DNA of 64,000 nucleotides, taken from contig OX597819.1 of assembly GCA_951406725.2 (NCBI GenBank), positions 19,530,001-19,594,000 of the forward strand, in the 5' to 3' direction. The translations under genes were made by a program, and so were the position numbers. Within the stretch, counting starts at the first letter, position 1, and each line of letters opens with the position of its first letter. The stretch is from Octopus vulgaris (taxonomy: Eukaryota). The notes below the pieces were generated by a model. The model did no database searches. It was not told the origin of the DNA and saw nothing but the letters and a program-made list of their open reading frames with translations. Shown one piece after another: positions 54,448-64,000 of the stretch.

Positions 54448-54499
<52 letters not shown>

Positions 54500-54737
54500 C
54501 AACAGTTGAGGACCAGAGATGCTCAAAATAGAAGACATTTAGTGGTACTCAAGTGATTGGAACCTACACTCCGAAATCTTTACCGAAGTGAAGTTCTACG
54601 GGTTAAAGAGTGGCTACAAATGGAATTCAGGTGAGAAGATAAGGTGATAAAGATATATGTAAACAAAGAAATCACTTTCTCCAGTTATATGAACTACACT
54701 TATATATATATATATACATACACACACACACACACAC

Positions 54738-54793
<56 letters not shown>

Positions 54794-54832
54794 CTTAAGT
54801 GAAGACAAAAGCGAAAGACTGAAAATATTTTC

Positions 54833-54995
54833 AAGGCTCGAAATCTTTGGGAAACGCCCCCAGTACGCAACTGGTACCTTATTTATCGACACCGATGAAA
54901 GATGAAGTCACATTTGAACTCGGAACGAAAAGACACAGGAAATACAGCAAAGCATTTCGCCCGCCGTCCTAATTATTCTGCCAGCTCGCCGCCTT
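54833..54995 (-). mobile_element. SINE family B (internally deleted)
   Basis: ccccagtacgcaactggtacc...atttgaactcggaacg...ttctgccagctcgccgcc. Confidence 0.8.
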
Positions 54996-55190
54996 AGACT
55001 GAGAATATTCTGACAAAGAATATACAAGTAAAAAAGTTAAATGTTTATGTATTGAGAGAGCAGTGTTACATAGATTACAAAGGTACAGAATAGTAAGGGC
55101 GGAATGTAAGGTATAACAGGTCCGTTAGCTGTTTACCGGTTCCTGGGTTTACGGAATTACGTTAGCTGATGTAGTTCGCCAAAAAAAGAA

Positions 55191-55384
55191 TTCTTACACA
55201 CACATGTGTACGTGTGTGTGTATATATATATATTAATTAAGATTCAGTTGAATATATATATATTAGCTCTTTCATTCGCTCTCTCTCCTCGGTTTCGGTA
55301 CACGGAATTCACTCATTAGTGTGGTCGAATATACTTCCTCAAAGAGCAGGGCTATTTAACCCCAAAGCAGCTTCCAACGAACCT
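55191..55384 (-). repeat. Right arm of the inverted duplication
   Basis: See 52288-52511. Confidence 0.92.
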
Positions 55385-55439
55385 CAGATTGCAGCGATAG
55401 GTATCTATTTATCTCTTTCTTTCATTCTTTCTCTCTCTG

Positions 55440-55470
<31 letters not shown>

Positions 55471-55589
55471 GCGCGCGCGCGTGTGTGTGTGTGTGTGCGT
55501 GTGTGTGTGCGTGTGCGTGTGTGTATAATATATTGATGCTGTACTGGTGAAACCCACAAGTTGTTTTCATTCTCTCTCTCTATCTTAGG

Positions 55590-55718
55590 CATTTTTGTTG
55601 AAGAACATAGGCTCGAAACGTAAAAGACTTTCCCATTTTCCCTAGCGTCAAACTAATACACTTATCTTTTGCTTATATACACCTATCTTCGTCTTTTATT
55701 TTTTTCTTTAAATTTTAA

Positions 55719-55722
<4 letters not shown>
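55590..55722 (+). mobile_element. Penelope-like terminal fragment (third copy of the CUGUNGA-core family)
   Basis: ttt-TTGTTGA-A-GAAC-atag-GCTC-GAAA-cg-TA-aaag followed by the same tail and (TA)n. Confidence 0.6.
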
Positions 55723-55776
<54 letters not shown>

Positions 55777-56088
55777 CTGTGTGCGTGTCTCTGTGCGTGT
55801 CTCTGTGTATGTATATGATAGAAAATTAATAAAAGTCACGAAGAAGAGTTTAAAAGTTTAGCAAGATGCATTAGGTTAGCGTTCATAAAATTTGGAAAAT
55901 ATCTTCAACGTTTCGAGAATCCACTTTTCTAATGAATGGAGAGAGAAAAATAAAACAAAAGATACTGAACATGTTCCATGTTCCATCACTTTCTTTTTTA
56001 AACTTTATATAGTTTCGAAAAGTGTAAATGTTTAGAAAAAAAAAAAAATTAGTTGCTTTCAATATTTCCCCCGTTTTATTCCAACATG

Positions 56089-56478
56089 TTTGGTAAGTAG
56101 CTTGCTTACTAACCACATGGTTCCGGGTTCAGTCCCACTGCGTGGCACCTTGGGCAAGTGTTTTCTATGTTAGACTCGGGCTGACCAAAGACTTGTGAGT
56201 GGATTTGGAAGACGGAAACTGAAAGAAGCCCGTCGTATATATATGTGTGTGTGTTTGTGTGTCTGTGTTTGCCCCCCCACCCCAACATCGCTTGTCAACC
56301 GATGCTGTTGTGTTTACGTCCCCGTAACTTTGCGGTTCGGTAAAAAAGACCGATAGAATAAGTACTGGGTTTACAAAGAATAAGTCCTGGGGGTCGATTT
56401 GTTCGACTAAAGGCGGTGCTCCAGCATGGCCGCAGTCAAATGACTGAAACAAGTAAAAGAGTAAAGAGAAAAAGAGTA
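56089..56478 (+). mobile_element. SINE family A, slightly 5'-truncated
   Basis: Colinear with 33338-33745 from tggtaagtagcttgc to the aagagta terminus. Confidence 0.92.
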
Positions 56479-56647
56479 TTAGAAATTTCTACGATAAGCT
56501 GTCGCTACTCTCAACACCCAGAGACGCATCTATTGCGATACTGATCAGCGAAGGGGAGACAAGCAACAAGAAAAGGCGATGACTAAAACTGAAACTGTTG
56601 CTGGGTCCACCGCACAACCAATGCTATGTTATAGATGGGCAGCTCAT

Positions 56648-56812
56648 TTAACCTTTAGGAGTAAGATTACCCTTTCAAATGTAATGCTTTTTGAATCTAT
56701 CATGCATTATATCGTAGTTTCCATATTTCAATGTCATTATTATTTACTTCGAGAAGGACATTTTAGTGCGTGAGAGATCAGTTTGAACATGAAGCAGGTC
56801 AAATATAATGGC
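56648..56812 (+). mobile_element. Decayed piggyBac-type MITE, interrupted by a SINE
   Basis: ttaacctttagga...agattac...tcaaatgtaatgct is homologous to 57043-57239. Confidence 0.55.
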
Positions 56813-56815
56813 TAT

Positions 56816-57028
56816 CGGCGAGCTGGCAGATTCGTTAGCACGCCGGGCGTAACACGTAGCCGTATTTCGTCTGCCATTACGTTCTGTGTTCAAATTCCGC
56901 CAAGGTCGACTTTGCCTTTCATCCTTTCGTACCAGTTACGCACTGGGGTCGATGCATTCGACTTGATCCCTTTGTCTGTCTTTGTTTGTCCCCTCTATGT
57001 TTGGTCCCTTGTGGGCAATAAAGAAATA
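56816..57028 (+). mobile_element. tRNA-derived SINE (family B)
   Basis: Head ggcgagctggcagattcgttagc, B box gttcaaattcc, central gtcgactttgcctttcatcctttcg (resembles the Meta/MESC domain as I recall it), tail gtgggcaataaagaaata. Confidence 0.9.
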
Positions 57029-57042
57029 TATATATGGCAGGT

Positions 57043-57239
57043 TTAAAGCTTTAGCATTCAGATTACTTTGTCAAATGTAATGCTTATTTGTTCATGTTGT
57101 TTTGAATTTTCGGATTTTTAACGATTTATATTCAGAATGGCATTGTAGGGTAAGTGAGAGATGCCAGATCTGACCACTGCGTAGAAAACAAGTAGAATGT
57201 TCGGGCTAGGTTTGATCAGTTGAAATGCTAAAATGTTAA
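57043..57239. mobile_element. piggyBac-type MITE
   Basis: TTAA-agctttagcatt ... aatgctaaaatg-TTAA: imperfect TIRs with TTAA at both ends. Confidence 0.65.
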
Positions 57240-57247
57240 GCCAATTA

Positions 57248-58540
57248 CGAGGGGCGTTCAATAAGTAATGCCCCTGACCCACTTCCCATAGCAGTAGAGC
57301 AATGAAATTTGGCACAGTTATTAGTCTTTTTCTACATAGGAACCACCCAGAGTTACGCATTTCTCCCATCGTTTCATGCAGCTCTGGAGACCGTTTTTGT
57401 AGAAGACCCCAGCTTGGTCCTCCAGCCATGACGTGACTTCAGAAATCAAGGCTGCATCATCTGGGAAACGCTTTCCTTTCAAAAACAACTTCATGGCTGG
57501 AAAGAGGTGAAAATCAGAGGGTGCAAGGTCAGGAGAGTAAGGGTGATGGGGGAGGAGTTCATAGCCGCACGCCTGTGCTTCTGATCTGGCGACACGCGAG
57601 TTGTGGACCGGAGCGTTGTCTTGCAGGAGGAGGATGCCTTTGCTGATCTTGCCTCGCCTCTTGATTTTGATAGCTTCTCTTAATCTCCTCAAAAGTGAAG
57701 TAATATACGCTCCTGTAATTGTGGTAAACTTTGCCAGGAAATCTGTCATCACTACTCCGTCCTGGTCCCAGAAGACTGTGAACATGACCTTTCCAGCGGA
57801 GGGCTGGACCCTTGCCTTCTTTGGAGGAGGTGAGTCACGGTGCTTCCACTGCATTGACTGGGCTTTGGTCTCTGGATCATAGTGATGGACCTAGGTTCCA
57901 TCCTGTGTAATCAGTCTTTTGAAAAATGTTGACTCATCTTCTTGGCACATCTCCAAATTCGTCCTGGAGCATTCGACGCGTTCTTGCTTCTGGAAAGGTG
58001 TGAGCAACCTGGGAATCCATCTGGCAGACACTTTTTGCATATGCAAATGGTCATGAATGATAGTTTCCAAAGACCCGGTACTAATCTTGACCTCATGGAC
58101 TATTTGGCGAGTAGTTATGTGTCGATCTTCCAAAATGGCAGCCTCAACTTGACGGACAGATGCCTCATCAATGGCATAAGGGGGGCGACCAAATCTGGGA
58201 GCTGTTTCCACAGAGTTACGACCATGTTTGAATTCATGATGCCAGCGTTTTACAAGGTCATATGATGGGGCATCATCACCATAAGTTACTTTCATTTCAT
58301 TAAAAGTCTCCCGTGGTGTGCGTCCTTTCAAATACAAAAACCGGATCACTGCTCGACACTCAACAGGCTCCATTTCACACCTGACTCAGTTCAAACACCT
58401 GTAAATCAGAAATCACAATTAGTTCAGAGCTGTAATTTGCCACCTAATCAATAGATATATAAATAATTGCACATGCAAAATATCAGCTAGATCAAACAAC
58501 AGCAAGTGGGTCAGGGGCATTACTTATTGAACGTCCATCG
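57248..58540 (-). mobile_element. Full-length mariner transposon (1293 bp), 37-bp TIRs, TA target duplication
   Basis: Left TIR cgaggggcgttcaataagtaatgcccctgacccactt; the right TIR inverse differs at 2 positions. TA at 57246-57247 and 58541-58542. Confidence 0.97.
57321..58373 (-). pseudogene. Mariner DD34D transposase (350 codons) with one in-frame stop (TAG at 57891-57893 in place of the conserved Trp)
   Basis: ORFs 57891-58373 and 57321-57854 are in the same frame. Motifs WIPRLLT, TQDGT*VHHY, QDNAPVH and YSPDLAPSD are present, with 34 residues between the 2nd and 3rd Asp. Confidence 0.95.
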
Positions 58541-58961
58541 TACAACATTCCGTTACATGAAGTCCTGCTATAAGCCAGTGGTGATTCTAGCTTTTTCCCT
58601 TACCTCTACTGACCCTCCGCCCAATATGAACAAACCTACATGCTTCCAATTTTACTAAACGGGTATCACTGACAACAGGCAGAAGGAAAAGAGTTACAGG
58701 AACATTTGATCTGCAACAAAAAACACGTTAATTTCCAGAACCGATAGATTCAAAGATTAATTTAGTTGCTTTCAATATTTCCCCCGTTTTATTCCAACAT
58801 GAAAGTTTGTCTTAAAAGGACCGAAACAGGCAGGTGCTTGGTGAAAAATCTGTACATATTGTGATTTCGCATTCTATGATATAGTTCTCTAAACACGCAC
58901 ACACACACAAAACACACACACACAAACACATACACACACGCACATGTACATATATATATAC

Positions 58962-59045
<84 letters not shown>

Positions 59046-59053
59046 AATACATC

Positions 59054-59128
59054 TGCGTTATACTAATACATCCTGTTTGTTTTGTACACCACCTGTCTTC
59101 GTCTTTTGCCTTTTTCGTAAACTCTCCC

Positions 59129-59131
<3 letters not shown>
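59054..59131 (+). mobile_element. Tail-only fragment of the CUGUNGA-core family between microsatellites
   Basis: gcgttatactaatacatcctgtttgttttgtacaccacctgtcttcgtcttttg matches the reverse complement of 23459-23535. Confidence 0.75.
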
Positions 59132-59200
<69 letters not shown>

Positions 59201-59582
59201 TGTATATGCGCACATACATGTGGGTGAAGGATACGTGTTTATTTGTACATAATAGAAACGTACTACAAATGCTCATTCAAAACCTGAAGCTAACTTTGGG
59301 ATATAAAATGAAATATATAATATATATAATTGGGCTATCATTAAAAAATATATATAACAATGAAACAAAAATCATGGCACTTGTTATCTCCTGAGATTCA
59401 TATTAGCGTTTGCCAATATTATACATCAGTGATAATAAGCGGCATCGAAACGTCAGTTAGGAAATCTATAGTGGGAATACACTTCTATAAATAAACGGAA
59501 TTGGAATTGATGCTTTGTAAATAATATAGCTATGAGTTGGGGGATTTTAAATGGAAAATACGACAATAATTGTTGTTTTTTT

Positions 59583-59620
<38 letters not shown>

Positions 59621-60147
59621 CTTCCTTTCCTCATACTTTTCTGTACAAAAGTGTACGAACTAAACGTGAAAGACTTTTAAAAATTTTCTTGAACGTCAAG
59701 CGAATAATCTTCGTTTGTTGCTCCCTCACATGTCTCTCTTCTGTTTTTTTTTCCGTTTTTGTACAATTTGAAACCACACACACATACACACACACACACA
59801 CTCATACACACACACACATATTTATATATTCTTAACTTAATGTGATTGAAAAATTCCTGATGCAATCGCTTGTGTTGAAACATATTTTTGTACTTAGGAT
59901 GAGTCATTATGCCAATAACAAACATACGCACTGGTTCAATTTCACTACTTTATTATTCTTCAATTTTTTGCCATTTCAGCAACTAACCCAACGATTGCTT
60001 TCTTAATCATTCGTTTAATCAATCAATCAGTAGCGTTTGTTAATGTCCCGTCTTTGCCCTTCTTGACATTTTCAGTCATTTGACCCGTTTACTTCAGGTC
60101 AGTGTCAGGTCTATAAATATTCTAGTTTTAGCTTCAATGCTTATGTA

Positions 60148-61200
60148 CTGGGTTGACCAAAAGTTCCGTTTGGTTTTTGTCGAGAAGAATTTTCAATCAC
60201 AAAAATAAGCTTTTAACTTCAGCCTAATCCATGAGAATGTGCAATCGTTAGACACATGGCACCTCAACATAGTTCGATACAAACCTGCTACGAGATAAGT
60301 TGTATTTTGTGCTCTTGGTATCACCCCGACAATGGGTGATCCCAAGAACATCATTGACCCACCATGCTTTTCCATCAAAACAAGACAAGAAAACGGAGGA
60401 AACCTGCAGAGAGATACGCACTGAGTACGGAGTGAATTCAAGATTTCGATCAGGAAATTTGTCGATTCGCGCTCTTGCTGCCCAACTGAGATTAACAACG
60501 ACAAAATGAAGGAATAAATCGACACCAACACTCATTATACGACCGAAATGATAGGACATATTACCCAATATCCAAAATCGAGCGTTAATAAAGATTTACA
60601 TCAGTTTTGTTACGTCAGCAGCTTCAATGTTTACGTCACACATTAAATGAATGAATCTAACTTTTTTCTGTCTGCGATTCTTTGCATGAAGAAAACGATT
60701 TTTTTTAAAAAACAAGAGAATGATAATAACAGATTACTAAAACGATTTAGTCTTCCCGTAGTTTCATGGGTGGGGGACGAGAAGAAGAACTAGAAACAAC
60801 CTCCAAAGCGGGACTTTACCCGAAGAAGATTATGCTTTCAGTCTGAGGATATTGGAAGGGTATTGCCTTTATGAGCTTCCTCCCACGGACACGCCCATCA
60901 ATTCGGACACGTACTGTGACCAGCGGGACAAGTTAAATGCAATGTTCCGAATAGTTCTAGCTAATCGTAAGGGCATTATCTTTCACCAAGAAAATGTTCG
61001 ACCACACAAGTCTTTTAAGACTTAAGAAATCTTACAGGAATGTTTTGCCACACCCTTCATATTCGCCTGACAGTTTTTTTTTTTTAGTTGTCCACCTGTT
61101 TCGGTCTCTTCAAAATTCATTGAATGTACAATCCGTCAACTCTGAACAGGATGCATGATGTCTGCAGGAAGTCTTTACGCTCGGAAAACACGAAACTCAT
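60148..61200 (+). mobile_element. Decayed mariner relic
   Basis: TA-ctgggttgaccaaaagttccg TIR-like start; fragments RFRSGN, PKAGLYPKKIMLSV, FHQENVRPH, LPHPSYSPD and HLFRSLQNSL. Confidence 0.85.
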
Positions 61201-61220
61201 TGAACAGAATATGGAAACTT

Positions 61221-61282
61221 ACATTTCTATATTTAAGAGATGAGGAATTACGTACATTATTTTCTTTATTTGGATTTGACGT
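61221..61282 (-). mobile_element. Extreme terminus of the same Penelope-like family as 40551
   Basis: ttctatatttaagagatgaggaatta...tacattattt matches 40555-40600. Confidence 0.65.
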
Positions 61283-61339
61283 ATGATTTTTCTTCATCTA
61301 AAGGCTCTAAAAAAAACTGAGAAGATCCAACAGAAGATT

Positions 61340-61916
61340 TGATTTGGTTTTTCTCAAACGAGAAAAACGTCGACTAAGATCAAACAGTTAACAAAAGAAA
61401 TAACACATGGTTATGTGCAGACCCCTCTGAAGTTCCAAGTGTTATGCAACTGCCATGGTTTTAGGGGTTGTGAGCAATGAAGGAGATGAGATGCCTCCTT
61501 GCTTCTTTCCAGAAGGCCTTAGAGTTAAATGCCGCCTACATTGAGGTCCTGGAAATGATTGTTAAGCCCTTGATGGAAAGTGTATGCAATGGAATGCCAT
61601 GTGTTCCAGTAAAACTCAGAACTATCACACACGTCTCTAATAAGGCGGGAATGGATGACTGAAAATTTTTATGATCACATAGCCCCTAACATTTGGCCTC
61701 CTAATTCCTCAAATTTCAATTCATTGTACTATTACATGTATAGCGCTGTTGAGACAGATGTTAATGAACACACCCATAATACCAGTGATTCTTTGAAAGC
61801 TGCCATAGTCAGAATAACATCCAAACGGAACAGGGACCAATTGATTCGAGCACGTAGATGATTTAGATCTCATATAGAAGCATTTGTTGAAGCTGAAGGT
61901 AGCTTTATTGAATAAC
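61340..61916 (+). mobile_element. Decayed maT/DD37D-like (Bmmar1-type) transposase fragment
   Basis: FFSNEKN...MVLGVVSNEGDEMPP.FF...NAAYIEVLEMIVKP...WPPNSSNFNSLYY...SLKAAI...FRSHIEAFVEAEGSFIE*. Confidence 0.8.
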
Positions 61917-61931
61917 ATTATAGAAAAGAAG

Positions 61932-61965
<34 letters not shown>

Positions 61966-62861
61966 GTGTGTGTATACATATATGTGTGTGAGTGTGCGTG
62001 TAGGTGCGCTCGTGCGTCTGTGTGCGTATATGAGAGGATGTGTTTGTCTGTGTGACTGTGATGCGTATTCTTCTATTTCTAATCACAAATGATAACATCG
62101 GAAAGCTTTTCCGTAGTTTCATAAATGAGTCGCAACTGATCGCATATGGTGCGAAAATGTATTACTCGTTCCATCAATTGTAGCAATTCGTTTAACAGAT
62201 TCCTCGTTTTCGTCTAAATTGACCAAAAATAATGTATTATAAGAACATTATATGAAATCCAGAACATGTCATAAAATATTGTGAAGAAAGAAAAACTAAA
62301 ATCAAACAAAAAAAGAAATCATCAAAACACCTAAAACAGAAAAAAAAATCTAATTGCCGCTCTGCGTTGCCCATTTATAAGAGAAAAGGTCGTTGAATGT
62401 GAATCTCGTAGCAACTTGGGTATATTACGGAGCCCGCCTACTTAGATATTAAGAGAGCGAGAAATAATCCCCTGTAATGTGTTCGGTTAGGACCAAATCA
62501 CTCTGATATGCCACATAGAATCTGTCTTACCTATCAACACGCATTTTATGACATCCAATCCACATCTACAAGTATTTTATTTCTCACGAGATCTAACCAT
62601 CCATCAAGAAAATCACAGTTTTCCACGTACGCATATATAAGTAATTATGTATGTATATAGGTATGAATGCGCGCGCGTATGTGTGTGTTTGTGTGTGAAT
62701 ATATATGCGTATCAGTGTGTATCTATGTGTGTTATGCACAAAAACGCATACGTATGTATAATTTGTACATTTGAACACATTACAAATATGCAAAAATATG
62801 TACATATATATATAAATATATACATATATATGGACACACATGTATGTATATATATACACAC

Positions 62862-62906
<45 letters not shown>

Positions 62907-63033
62907 CATACATATCTATATATATTTATATACATATATATGCAACAGTATAATTATATGTGTGTGCATATAAAAGAATATATTGATGTATGTATATACA
63001 CATGTCTACATATATAATTATTGATCTATTTGT

Positions 63034-63122
<89 letters not shown>

Positions 63123-63636
63123 TAGATATATATCCGTACGTATATTTTACTGTTAATTTTGCCTTTCACTTGTTCAGCCCGTTATCGCATTCAGAGATCT
63201 GTATGTCACTGATACGCTGTTGCTATGATATTATCCTTTTGTATCAGATATTTGGTATCCTCTCATTTAGGAAGAGTTTTATCACCTATTGCACAGTGAT
63301 ATTTTGGGCATAGAATACTTTTTACTTCGATAACAATTTCGTGTCAATTTTCACCTCAATATGATGTTACTGTACATATACGCGCAAATCAATTTAAGTT
63401 TGTACATCCAAACTTCGACACATCCACAAATACCCACATCTTTCATAGTAACATATCCAGTCGCTGTAGTGAAAGTATGTGTAAGTAGTGGTAACATGCT
63501 ATAAATAAATATAAAATAAGTTATCGATATTCATACCTCAATTCTCCTACTTACCAATATACATACACACACACACATATACACGCACACACAAAATCAC
63601 AAACACACATACACACACTCACATACACACACACAC

Positions 63637-63688
<52 letters not shown>

Positions 63689-63884
63689 TTAAAAATATTT
63701 TAAAAAATATATTTTAAAATATTTTAAAAGATATAAATTAATATTTTAAATTTGAATAATTTAAATTTTGAAATTTATATTTTTTTACATATTTTGTATA
63801 TTATATTAATTATTTTCACTTTTATGTTTTGGTTTATGTTTTTCACTGTTTGATTTGCCTAATAGTGGTTTTATCTCTAATTTA

Positions 63885-63932
<48 letters not shown>

Positions 63933-64000
63933 CGGCAGTTACCCTGCTCGAGGCACTTGTCATCAGCGGTCCAGAATTTTATCGTCTTTGAATATCAAAA

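Noticed and set aside
63682-63890. Extremely AT-rich, quasi-palindromic stretch
   Set aside because: Low-complexity sequence between TA runs, possibly low-quality consensus, with no defined structure.

Overview
This is AT-rich, microsatellite-saturated eukaryotic non-coding DNA, either intergenic or intronic. The repeat content resembles an octopus (coleoid cephalopod) genome; that assignment is from recalled SINE/MITE families, not a search. I recognise no host protein-coding gene, rRNA, true tRNA gene or CRISPR array. Nearly all listed ORFs are translations of (TA)n, (CA)n, (GATA)n or trinucleotide repeats. The real content is mobile DNA: one near-intact 1.29 kb DD34D mariner (TIRs, TA duplication, one premature stop), older mariner, Tc1 and maT relics, piggyBac-type MITEs, three RLE-type (R4/Dong-like) LINE 3' ends, a CR1-group 3' end, an ORF1-like zinc-knuckle relic and many tRNA-derived SINEs. 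The most unusual signal is a set of Penelope-like remnants. They share an 'inverted arm + unpaired tail' architecture and carry hammerhead-like cores, including one family with a constant non-canonical CUGUNGA core and one element with a tRNA-like module downstream of its GIY-YIG domain. Several long fold-back inverted repeats are also present. Boundaries of degenerate elements are approximate.
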